This document shows, piece by piece, positions 56,216 to 64,000 of a DNA stretch of 64,000 nt. The stretch covers positions 1-64,000 of the forward strand of contig PDIP01000021.1 in NCBI GenBank assembly GCA_002811645.1, written 5' to 3'. Numbering within the stretch: the first letter of the stretch is position 1; each line of letters begins with the position of its first letter. A model generated the notes under the pieces. The model had not been told where the DNA came from. It was given only the letters and a program-made list of their open reading frames with translations, and searched no databases. Position numbers and translations under genes: made by a program. This DNA is from Corallochytrium limacisporum Hawaii (Eukaryota; Protista; Pluriformea).

Positions 56216-56237
56216 TGTGTGTGTGTGTGTGTGTGTG
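56216..56237. repeat. (GT)n microsatellite
   Basis: About 11 units read directly. Confidence 0.9.
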
Positions 56238-56556
56238 CCGTGTACCTCCGACGAATGGAAAAATGGCCCTCGTCTTCCGTGGCTTAGGTGGAAAAGTTTA
56301 TTCCCATGTGATTGTTCTTCCCCCCTTCGGGAGTTGGCTGGTCGGAAGAACCGTTGGATGAATGCCATAGTGAATGTATCGGAAGGAAGAAAATGCACTT
56401 GGGATTTGACCCCGGAGGGGGGGGGCCAGGTCAGGATGCGAATCGGCCATATAGGCCCACGGGCTTCAAGGACTGAAGACCTCATTTCACAATTTATGGC
56501 CAGGACAGAGGCATTCGAACTCGCGGTCGGGGGGAGGCCCATCTCTGTCCCATTGG

Positions 56557-56564
56557 GCGCGAAA
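56557..56564. promoter_or_regulatory. Candidate E2F-type site (GCGCGAAA) upstream of PRIM1
   Basis: Exact reverse complement of TTTCGCGC about 220 bp upstream of a DNA replication gene. Confidence 0.5.
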
Positions 56565-56780
56565 ACTCAGAAACCTCGGGAGGGGGGTGAAAAGGAAGCT
56601 CAACCGCTGTGCTAAGTCATCTATGTGGGTGTGCGTGTGATCGGCCTTGGCAAGATATGGTTATTGGGAGGTACTTAGTACCATCCCATATTGGTATGTG
56701 AGCGCAATGAGCTCATGTGGAATACATCACAGCAGGACTGTATCTTTGGTTGACTTCGGAATTAGGATAACAGAAGAACA

Positions 56781-58235
56781 ATGGCGCCGGTCCCAGAGAC
56801 ACCCACGGATTCGGGATCCAACGCTGGAATTCAGAAGGCTATGCGGATCGATGCGGGTGATAGAGACGCAGAGAAGAAAGACTCGACTGTGGATAATGCC
56901 GGAGTAGATAATTGGGGTACCCTCCTGGGGGGAAAAATAGTCGAGGGACATCCTGAATTTGCCCGCGTTCTGAGCGTCTACTACAAGCGCCTTTTTCCCT
57001 TTGCCAAGTACTACCAATGGCTCAACTATGGAGGACAGACCACAGACAATGGCGACTCTGTGTTCAGCCACAGAGAATTCAGCTTCACCAAGGAAGGCGA
57101 TATCTATACTCGTTACAAGAGCTTTAATGACGCGACCGAGATGCGTGACGCCATTATCGAGCTCAATCCTTTCAAAATCGATTTGGGTGCCATTTTCACC
57201 CAGCCGCCGAGCATGAAATACACAATCCAACCGGGTGCATTCTACCCAGTGCAGAGAGAATTGGTCTTTGACATCGATATGACCGATTACGACGAGGTAC
57301 GCACCTGCTGTGAGGGAGCCACAGTATGCAAGAAATGCTGGAACTTTATGACCCTGGCTCTAACCATTCTCGACGAGGGACTGGAACAGGATTTCGGTTT
57401 CAAGAATCGTCTTTGGGTCTACTCGGGTCGTCGTGGTATCCATTGCTGGGTCAGTGATCGACGGGCGCGTCAGCTGTCGCAGGACGGGCGCAGTGCGGTG
57501 GCTGAATACCTCCATATTGTCCGCGGTGGTGAGCAGCAGAAGAAGAAGGTCACTCTCACACAACCCTTACATCCTCACGAGGAAAGGTCAGCGAAACACA
57601 TCAAAGACTGTTTTGTAGAAAATATTCTGAAGGAACAAGGTCTACTAGACCACAAGAAGCACATGGATTTGATCTTGGAGCTGATTCCTGTCACGGAGGT
57701 CCGGGAAACCGTTCAGGCCAACTGGAAAGAGGGCTTAAGTAGTTCCAAGAAGTGGGACCTCTTCGTTGCTGTCATCGAGGGGTTTGCGAGCAGTGACAAG
57801 CTACCCAAACCGAAGCGAGATGCTCTTAAAGTACTGCCGTTGGAAATCATGTTCCAGTATGCATATCCACGCCTGGATATCCATGTGTCCAAAGGTATGA
57901 ATCATTTACTGAAGAGTCCCTGGGTTGTGCACCCAAAGACAGGCCGCGTCTGTGTGCCCATCGATCCTAAGAGCGCAGCTGACTTTGATCCAACCACTGT
58001 GCCAACTATCAGCGACTTGCTGCAGCAAATTGAGGAGCTGAAAAGCACTCCAGGTCTTGTGGACAACATGGATGACAGCGAAGAAGGCCAGAAACTGTGG
58101 GAGAAGACTGATCTTAAGCCATATGTTGAGAACTTTAACCGTTTCCTACGCGGCTGCGCAGCAAGCCAGAAGGGTTTTAAGGCCGAAGATCTCGACAACC
58201 GCGACCGCAAGGCCGCCATGGATGTGGATTTTTAG
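56781..58235 (+). CDS. PRIM1: DNA primase small (catalytic) subunit
   Basis: REFSFT, KIDLGA, ELVFDIDMTDYD, SGRRGIHCWV, YPRLD and HLLKSP..VHPKTGR. Confidence 0.97.
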   Translation: MAPVPETPTDSGSNAGIQKAMRIDAGDRDAEKKDSTVDNAGVDNWGTLLGGKIVEGHPEFARVLSVYYKRLFPFAKYYQWLNYGGQTTDNGDSVFSHREFSFTKEGDIYTRYKSFNDATEMRDAIIELNPFKIDLGAIFTQPPSMKYTIQPGAFYPVQRELVFDIDMTDYDEVRTCCEGATVCKKCWNFMTLALTILDEGLEQDFGFKNRLWVYSGRRGIHCWVSDRRARQLSQDGRSAVAEYLHIVRGGEQQKKKVTLTQPLHPHEERSAKHIKDCFVENILKEQGLLDHKKHMDLILELIPVTEVRETVQANWKEGLSSSKKWDLFVAVIEGFASSDKLPKPKRDALKVLPLEIMFQYAYPRLDIHVSKGMNHLLKSPWVVHPKTGRVCVPIDPKSAADFDPTTVPTISDLLQQIEELKSTPGLVDNMDDSEEGQKLWEKTDLKPYVENFNRFLRGCAASQKGFKAEDLDNRDRKAAMDVDF

Positions 58236-58587
58236 TTTTGACTGCTATCGTAATAGACAATGACAACAGAGCGGACTGAACACACCAATGAATGCTTGAA
58301 ACGATCCGCTGAAATGCAGCAGTGGTTTACTCGGTTTTTCCCGCCCTCCCCCCCCCTCGCCTCATCGTTCGGACGGGAAGGATGCCCCCCTCAGTCTCCA
58401 GGAGCGATCTGTGGCCGCTCCTTATGAAACCCTTGCAGCGGCTGCGGCTACGCACACCGTTGGAGGTACTTTAAGGCACACGAATAATCAGCATGGTGAA
58501 GATATAAACATATGTTTAACTAACAGAAGGTTTCTATAGCAATGAAAATTGTAAGCAAATCAATATGTACCTAATGGTACGCAAGAA

Positions 58588-60789
58588 ATGATGTTTGAAC
58601 GCATTCTTGCCGATCGGGCAGAACTGGAGCAGCTGCTATTCGCCACCACGGCCCCGGACGCAGCTCTGCAGGCAGAGCGCAATGATCCACTAATTTTGAG
58701 GGCATTGGGATTGCTACGAAAGATTTCGCGATGGGTCAAGAATTATCGACACGCACTACCAGAACTGCAGCAAGTGTCCTCTCAGCAGCGCGAGCAGTAT
58801 CAGAAGGTACATGGGGACCTCTTGACCACCGCTATTAAGTACACAGCCAGTCCAGCGTATGTTATTGCCAAATGCGCGTTCCTCATTATCTGTGACAGCG
58901 CAGTTATCCCAACCGTGGACACTGGGCTCATGGAACTCTCCACCAGCGGATTACAGCGCAATCTGGTGACCAAGGATCCCCGACTGCGGTCGCTAGCCAT
59001 TAGGACCATTACGGACCTGAAACCGTACGTACCTTCCATTGCAGAACATTTACAGCAAACTATTCTGCAAATGAGTCTCCGGGATCCGAACGCAGGCGTA
59101 CGTAGGGTCTGCAGCGGATACATTCCGAAATTGATTGGTCCAGAGGAGCAGGACCTACTCATGGAGCAATTGAAGATGATCTGCGTGAAGGAAAGGGACA
59201 CGGTGTCGTGGCTGAATGCCACAGAGGCTTTACATCGATTAGGACCGCAGGTGACGCCCTGGCGATCCCTGCTGGACTCCGCAAGATGCACGCACTATCT
59301 AAACGGTGCGGACTCGATTGTGCGCCACCGACTGGTCAGCGGGCTGATCATTGCACTGCGAGACGAAATCAAGGAGCAGCCGGTGAAGAAAGGGAAGGAG
59401 CCAGCCACCAAAGCTAAAATTGAGCAGAAATCCTTGCCTTGGGACATTACGCTGCCACCACGGGCACGCAAGGCACTTTTGTTTCGTTGCATTAACCTTG
59501 CGCTGTCTATGGCTCAGAGTGGGTTTGTCATGGCTTGTTGTCAGGCGACTGATCTTGCTCACACTCTGTTGGACATGGCCGACCGTTGTATCCTCGATGA
59601 AGACTCCAAGGTCAGCCAGGAGGCGAGTGAGAAGGCCATTGCGGCTGTGCAAAGTGTCTCTATCGTTACTACACATTCGCTACAGTTGCAGATAAACGAT
59701 AATCAAGATCATTATGAAAGTGCGCCGGTAGGTGACCAGCACTTGGTCATTGCAGCGCTGCGATACTGTATCGGACTGGGCAAAAGGTCCGCTGGGTTAC
59801 ATGGAGAGTACAATCAACATGGAATCACTGCTCTGCTTAGGGATGACGAGGAATGCGTTATGAAGTGCCTGGGTAAGGAGAAACTTGCTCTGGCTATACT
59901 TGCCTTGCTTTCTGATGCATTTGCCGGCCTAACAGACGGCATGAATAATGGGACCGATCACTACGTCCGACATCTAATTGCCTTTGCGGAACTGAGTACA
60001 TCGGCGGAAGTCAGGACGCAGGCGCTTTTGCACATGGCGGAGCTGGTTGTGGGCCTGGAGGAGCAAGGACAGTCACTGGACGCACCTGCCAAACAGTTGG
60101 ATGTCATTCTGAACAGCATTCACGATAACGAGGTGGCCTTGGCTCTGCCGGCGCTCAACATACTTTGCGCTACATCCGTGCGCCGGTTGAACAGTCACCG
60201 CAACAGTAAGGAATCATTGGGCGTCCACGACACGGCCAGGACCCTAGTCTGCCAGCGGTTGTACAATCCACTGTGCCACCTGTACCGTCTGAGGTTGTTC
60301 CAGGTATACGGAGGAACCCCTGGTTCGCAGCCTCTGATTCAAGCCTTGCTTGACCAGAGCGGTCAGGCCCAGATGTCCAACGACAAGGAGTCGATGGATG
60401 ACCTGCAGTCGATTGCTCTGACGTTTGCGCATGCATTAAGTCCTGATGCGTCCTTGCCACTACTAGAACAGCTCTTCAAAGCGACAGTGGAGAGCATCGC
60501 ATTGCCGCGCGATATAGATGAAGAAGGATCGACACTGCTTCTAAATTGCATTGTCATGGCCATGGTCGTGGCAATATCGAAGACGACAAAACCTGTAGAT
60601 GATCTTCTGGGGCGTATAGGCGGGATGGTTGCGAGCTTGGAAAGCACCGCGCCAGAGCATCTGCAGAGTGTGATGGATCTGCCGATAACTGCACAACTGC
60701 GAAGATTGCAATCCTCGATGACGCACAACGAAAACATCGAGAATCTCAGGAAGTCTGTGCTGGCCATGATGGTGGGACACAGTGCTTGA
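58588..60789 (+). CDS. Divergent HEAT-repeat protein with a beta-adaptin-like N-terminal region
   Basis: 733-codon helical ORF. LSTSGLQRNL..KDPRLRSLAIR and LRDPNAGVRR..IPKL resemble adaptin-N repeats. Confidence 0.6.
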   Translation: MMFERILADRAELEQLLFATTAPDAALQAERNDPLILRALGLLRKISRWVKNYRHALPELQQVSSQQREQYQKVHGDLLTTAIKYTASPAYVIAKCAFLIICDSAVIPTVDTGLMELSTSGLQRNLVTKDPRLRSLAIRTITDLKPYVPSIAEHLQQTILQMSLRDPNAGVRRVCSGYIPKLIGPEEQDLLMEQLKMICVKERDTVSWLNATEALHRLGPQVTPWRSLLDSARCTHYLNGADSIVRHRLVSGLIIALRDEIKEQPVKKGKEPATKAKIEQKSLPWDITLPPRARKALLFRCINLALSMAQSGFVMACCQATDLAHTLLDMADRCILDEDSKVSQEASEKAIAAVQSVSIVTTHSLQLQINDNQDHYESAPVGDQHLVIAALRYCIGLGKRSAGLHGEYNQHGITALLRDDEECVMKCLGKEKLALAILALLSDAFAGLTDGMNNGTDHYVRHLIAFAELSTSAEVRTQALLHMAELVVGLEEQGQSLDAPAKQLDVILNSIHDNEVALALPALNILCATSVRRLNSHRNSKESLGVHDTARTLVCQRLYNPLCHLYRLRLFQVYGGTPGSQPLIQALLDQSGQAQMSNDKESMDDLQSIALTFAHALSPDASLPLLEQLFKATVESIALPRDIDEEGSTLLLNCIVMAMVVAISKTTKPVDDLLGRIGGMVASLESTAPEHLQSVMDLPITAQLRRLQSSMTHNENIENLRKSVLAMMVGHSA

Positions 60790-60879
60790 GAAACTGTGAG
60801 AAGAAACCACAAAAATGATGTAAATTCCGTAGCGTAGAGACCATCTGTGTGTATATTGTGAATGTGAAATATAATTTTG

Positions 60880-61962
60880 CTAAAGGTTGGAGCTCTTCTG
60901 TCCGATCCTCATGTCGACGACACACTTGCCTACCACCTCACGGTTCCAAAGCACCATGAAGGCTTCCTGAACCCGCTCCAAGGGAAAGACATGGCTCACA
61001 TAAGGCATCAGATGCTCCTCTTGCGCCAGATGGAAAAGTTCTTTCATGCGTTTACTGGCCACCTCTGGCTTCCGTCTCCCCCATTCACCCGCACGCGCTC
61101 CGATGAGAGATATTCCTTTGATCAACAGCAGATTCACAGGCGCGCTCGGTCTTCTTCCGCTCGCGAAACCGATGCTGAGAATTCGACCACCGAAGGCCGT
61201 GCAGCGCAGCGATTCATCAAAGACATCGCCTCCTACTGGATCGTAAACGACGTCCGCTCCCACGCCTCCGGACCAGGCCTTGACGGTCGACCTGAATTGC
61301 GGCTCCTCAGAGAGGACGTGTATGTCAAGTTTTACGTTCTTTGCATTCGGACATGTCTGCATGGCGATTTCCTTGACCTGAGTTAGGCGATTGCGATCTC
61401 CTCCAGTGATCATAACATTACAGCCCTTCGCGATCGCGAGCTGCACCGCAGCCAAGCCGACACCACCAGTCGCACCGTGAATAAGGACATGTTCTCCGTT
61501 CTGGACGTCCGCGCGCTCGACAAGACCGTGGTATGCGGTGATATAACCAATGGTAAACGCTGCACCCTGCACAAAGGTAAGGCTCGCTGGCAAAGGCATG
61601 ATTTGTGCCTGGTCTACCATGACATGGCTGCTAAACCCGCCGTACCGCAGTGCGGCCATCACTCGGTCCCCTTGCTTGAATCGTTTCACGTCCGGGCCTG
61701 CCCGAACCACCGTTCCACTGATCTCCATGCCTGGTGTAAAGGGCAGTGACGGCTTGAGCTGATACTGTCCGGCAGTCATGAGAAGATCAGGGTAATTCAC
61801 TGCCGCAGCAGCTACCTCAATAACTACTTGTGTACCTTCTGGCTGCAACTTGAGCTGTGATCCGGCTACCTTCATCAGAGAAATACCTTCTGGCACGGTC
61901 TTGCCCAAAGAGCTTACGACCACACTGCGGCGAAGGCCCACACTATTGGCTAGGCATACCAT
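60880..61962 (-). CDS. NADPH:quinone oxidoreductase (zeta-crystallin/MDR family)
   Basis: VNYPDLL..GQYQ.KP.LPFTPGME, HGATGGVG, YDPVGG and IGFASG. Confidence 0.93.
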   Translation of the reverse strand: MVCLANSVGLRRSVVVSSLGKTVPEGISLMKVAGSQLKLQPEGTQVVIEVAAAAVNYPDLLMTAGQYQLKPSLPFTPGMEISGTVVRAGPDVKRFKQGDRVMAALRYGGFSSHVMVDQAQIMPLPASLTFVQGAAFTIGYITAYHGLVERADVQNGEHVLIHGATGGVGLAAVQLAIAKGCNVMITGGDRNRLTQVKEIAMQTCPNAKNVKLDIHVLSEEPQFRSTVKAWSGGVGADVVYDPVGGDVFDESLRCTAFGGRILSIGFASGRRPSAPVNLLLIKGISLIGARAGEWGRRKPEVASKRMKELFHLAQEEHLMPYVSHVFPLERVQEAFMVLWNREVVGKCVVDMRIGQKSSNL

Positions 61963-62719
61963 GTTGACCTTTCCGTTCTATTTGATACGATTTCCCTGCC
62001 AGGGTCAGTACTTTGCTAGCTTCCCATGCAGCACACGCATGAGATATGAGATCACGGGTGTACTGACTCTTAAACGATGCTTTTCTTCGGCTTACTCAAA
62101 TATGTTTAGGCAACATCTACGCAAGGTCATTTCACTTACAAAGATTTACCTTGAAAAAGGCTGTTTCTAAAACCTGTCTTCCCGTCACCCATGCAACAAG
62201 TACCGCCGTGTTCGGATACCTCATCACCGGCCAGCTTAGGGGGGAATCCCCAATCGTCCATCGATTCGTTCCCTGCGCACTCTCTGTCTCCAAAAATAGA
62301 GATAAGGGTCAGCGAGTGCGCGTTCGCCCTTAAGGTGGCCCCTCCACACAACCCAATATATCTCGACCAATGTTTGAGAGGATCATCAGGAAAATTTTGC
62401 TTGGTATGGGGATCAGGCAAAACCCCAAGAGCACAATAACTGATCACCCTAACCATACTCTAATGATGTTCCCTACCGGATCTTCCAAACACCTCGAACC
62501 CCCCCCTCCCCCCGCTTGGTTCGCTTTTTCACTGCGTTCGGGTTGGGTGGGCGGGAGCGCCTGAGTTTCGTGCCAGTTTTCCAATTCCTTTTTTTATTTC
62601 ATTCTTTGATCTTTTGTCGTTGCGCTCTGACCTGGGACGTAATCTTTTAGCTCAATCGTCTCCAGTGTCGCACGGCTGTGAGGCACAACAAACCCACCGC
62701 TTCTGTGTTGGCCTGGGAC

Positions 62720-62746
62720 CCCGCCCCCCCCCCGGGGGGGGGCGGG
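62720..62746. promoter_or_regulatory. Near-perfect C/G homopolymer palindrome in the divergent QOR/CHMP2A intergenic region
   Basis: CCCG-C10-G9-CGGG. Similar CnGn elements occur in other upstream regions. The function is inferred. Confidence 0.5.
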
Positions 62747-63083
62747 TGATGATTCGAGCTGAAGGTGCAGTTTTTATTTCACAATTTTGCGCTTCGTCGC
62801 GCTAGGGTCCGGCCATACCATCTGGAACCTGTGCTGTACTATTTGAGTGGCTACATCATAGGTGGATAACGTGAAGGAAATTTTGATGTCATCCGTGGAC
62901 CGTGGCGTGTAATGTCGGGAATTTGATGGTACTCAGATTGGCAAGCTTCATTAGCGGACACAAGTGGGCACGAGTGATATCACCTCATACTCTGGCTGAA
63001 TTCATATCACAAAGGACTTAACACAGTCCTTGAAAAGAAAATTTAGACTAGGATACGACTTTAACAGATCAACAGCGATAACC

Positions 63084-63746
63084 ATGAGCTTCCTGTTTGG
63101 TTCGCGGAAGACCCCGCAGGAAATGCTGCGGCAACACCAGCGGTCGCTGAACAAGACCATGCGTGAGCTGGACCGCGAACGGAACAAGCTGGAACAGCAG
63201 GAGAAAAAGCTGATTGCGGACATCAAGAAATCTGCCAAGGCTGGTCAGATTGATGCAACCAAGATTATGGCTAAAGATCTGGTACGTACCCGCCGCTACT
63301 CACAGAAGATGATGGTTATGAAGACACAGATTCAAGCAGTCAGCCTGAAAATCCAAACACTGCGCAGCAATCAGGCCATGGCAGACGCCATGAAGGGAAC
63401 GGCCAAGGCCATGCGGCGGATGAACAACCAAATGAAGCTGCCTCAGATGACAAAAATCATGCAAGACTTTGAACGCGAAAGTGAAATCATGAACATGAAG
63501 GAGGAGATGATGGGGGAGGCAATGGACTCTGCCATGGAAGATGTCGACGACGAGGAGGAAACCGACGCGATTGTGAACCAGGTCCTGGATGAGCTAGGTT
63601 TGAATCTGGAGCAATCCTTGGCCTCAGCACCACTGGCGGAAGCACAGAAAGAGCCCGCGAGTAAGGAGAAGGCCGCTGTCATCGAGGGTGCAGGAGATAT
63701 GGATGCGGATCTGCAGGCCCGTCTGGACAACCTGAGGAAGGACTGA
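63084..63746 (+). CDS. CHMP2A: ESCRT-III subunit CHMP2A/Vps2
   Basis: MSFLFG.RKTP, RELDRER, MAKDLVRTRRY and the C-terminal MIM DADLQARLDNLR. ATG at 63084. Confidence 0.97.
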   Translation: MSFLFGSRKTPQEMLRQHQRSLNKTMRELDRERNKLEQQEKKLIADIKKSAKAGQIDATKIMAKDLVRTRRYSQKMMVMKTQIQAVSLKIQTLRSNQAMADAMKGTAKAMRRMNNQMKLPQMTKIMQDFERESEIMNMKEEMMGEAMDSAMEDVDDEEETDAIVNQVLDELGLNLEQSLASAPLAEAQKEPASKEKAAVIEGAGDMDADLQARLDNLRKD

Positions 63747-63846
63747 TTTGTATCGGCGGTATTTGCGTACGTTCACTCGTGATGCATGCACATGTTTCAA
63801 ATACACAGAAGCCCAAATCTCTAAAATTAAGGTAACTGAGGTTTCT

Positions 63847-64000
63847 TTATCTAGATGCCGAAGCGATATGCACGGCCACATCCTCTTCTGCATCGACAAG
63901 TGCATCTATGCAGTCTCGCATCCGTTCTTCCGCAGAGGCCACGGTCCCTTGCAACATGACAGAAGCCATGCTCAACTCCCTAGTAAGTTCGCTGTGATCC
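63847..64000 (-). CDS. Probable 3' end of a minus-strand gene entering from the right edge
   Basis: Open frame DHSELTRELSMASVMLQGTVASAEERMRDCIDALVDAEEDVAVHIASASR ends in TAA 100 bp from the CHMP2A stop. This matches the tight convergent spacing seen elsewhere. Confidence 0.55.
   Translation of the reverse strand, partial: DHSELTRELSMASVMLQGTVASAEERMRDCIDALVDAEEDVAVHIASASR

Noticed and set aside
56665-56688. Small leader hairpins (PRIM1 56665-56688, CHMP2A 63012-63031)
   Set aside because: Short isolated stems of this size are expected by chance, and they share no sequence.

Overview
Eukaryotic nuclear DNA in the standard genetic code, compact and gene-dense from about 9.5 kb onward. It holds 21 complete protein-coding genes plus the probable 3' end of a 22nd at the right edge. 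Every recognisable CDS, including a 7-kb one, is a single uninterrupted ORF. The genes are an ABCG half-transporter, IMP1, UFL1, a large LRR scaffold with a degenerate PARP-like C-terminus, a DsbA/FrnE-like protein, a triple-FKBP/TPR protein, a double-GT8 glycosyltransferase, TMEM9-like, BCCIP/Bcp1, a PB1-SAM protein, two paralogous small PPxY membrane proteins, UBLCP1, SDHA, EHD, an MFF-like protein, eIF4E, PRIM1, a divergent beta-adaptin-like protein, a quinone oxidoreductase and CHMP2A/VPS2. Animal-type markers (SDHA C-terminal insertion, TMEM9, MFF-like) in an intronless genome suggest a unicellular holozoan. Corallochytrium is a candidate, but this is inference only. Genes mostly alternate strand, convergent gaps are tiny, and poly(C)/poly(G) tracts, often as CnGn palindromes, sit almost only in upstream intergenic regions. 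Two gene-poor stretches (1-9.5 kb and 35.1-42.4 kb) remain unexplained. No rRNA, tRNA, CRISPR array or intact transposon was recognised. All homology calls come from motif recognition by eye and from recalled family sequences, not from database searches.
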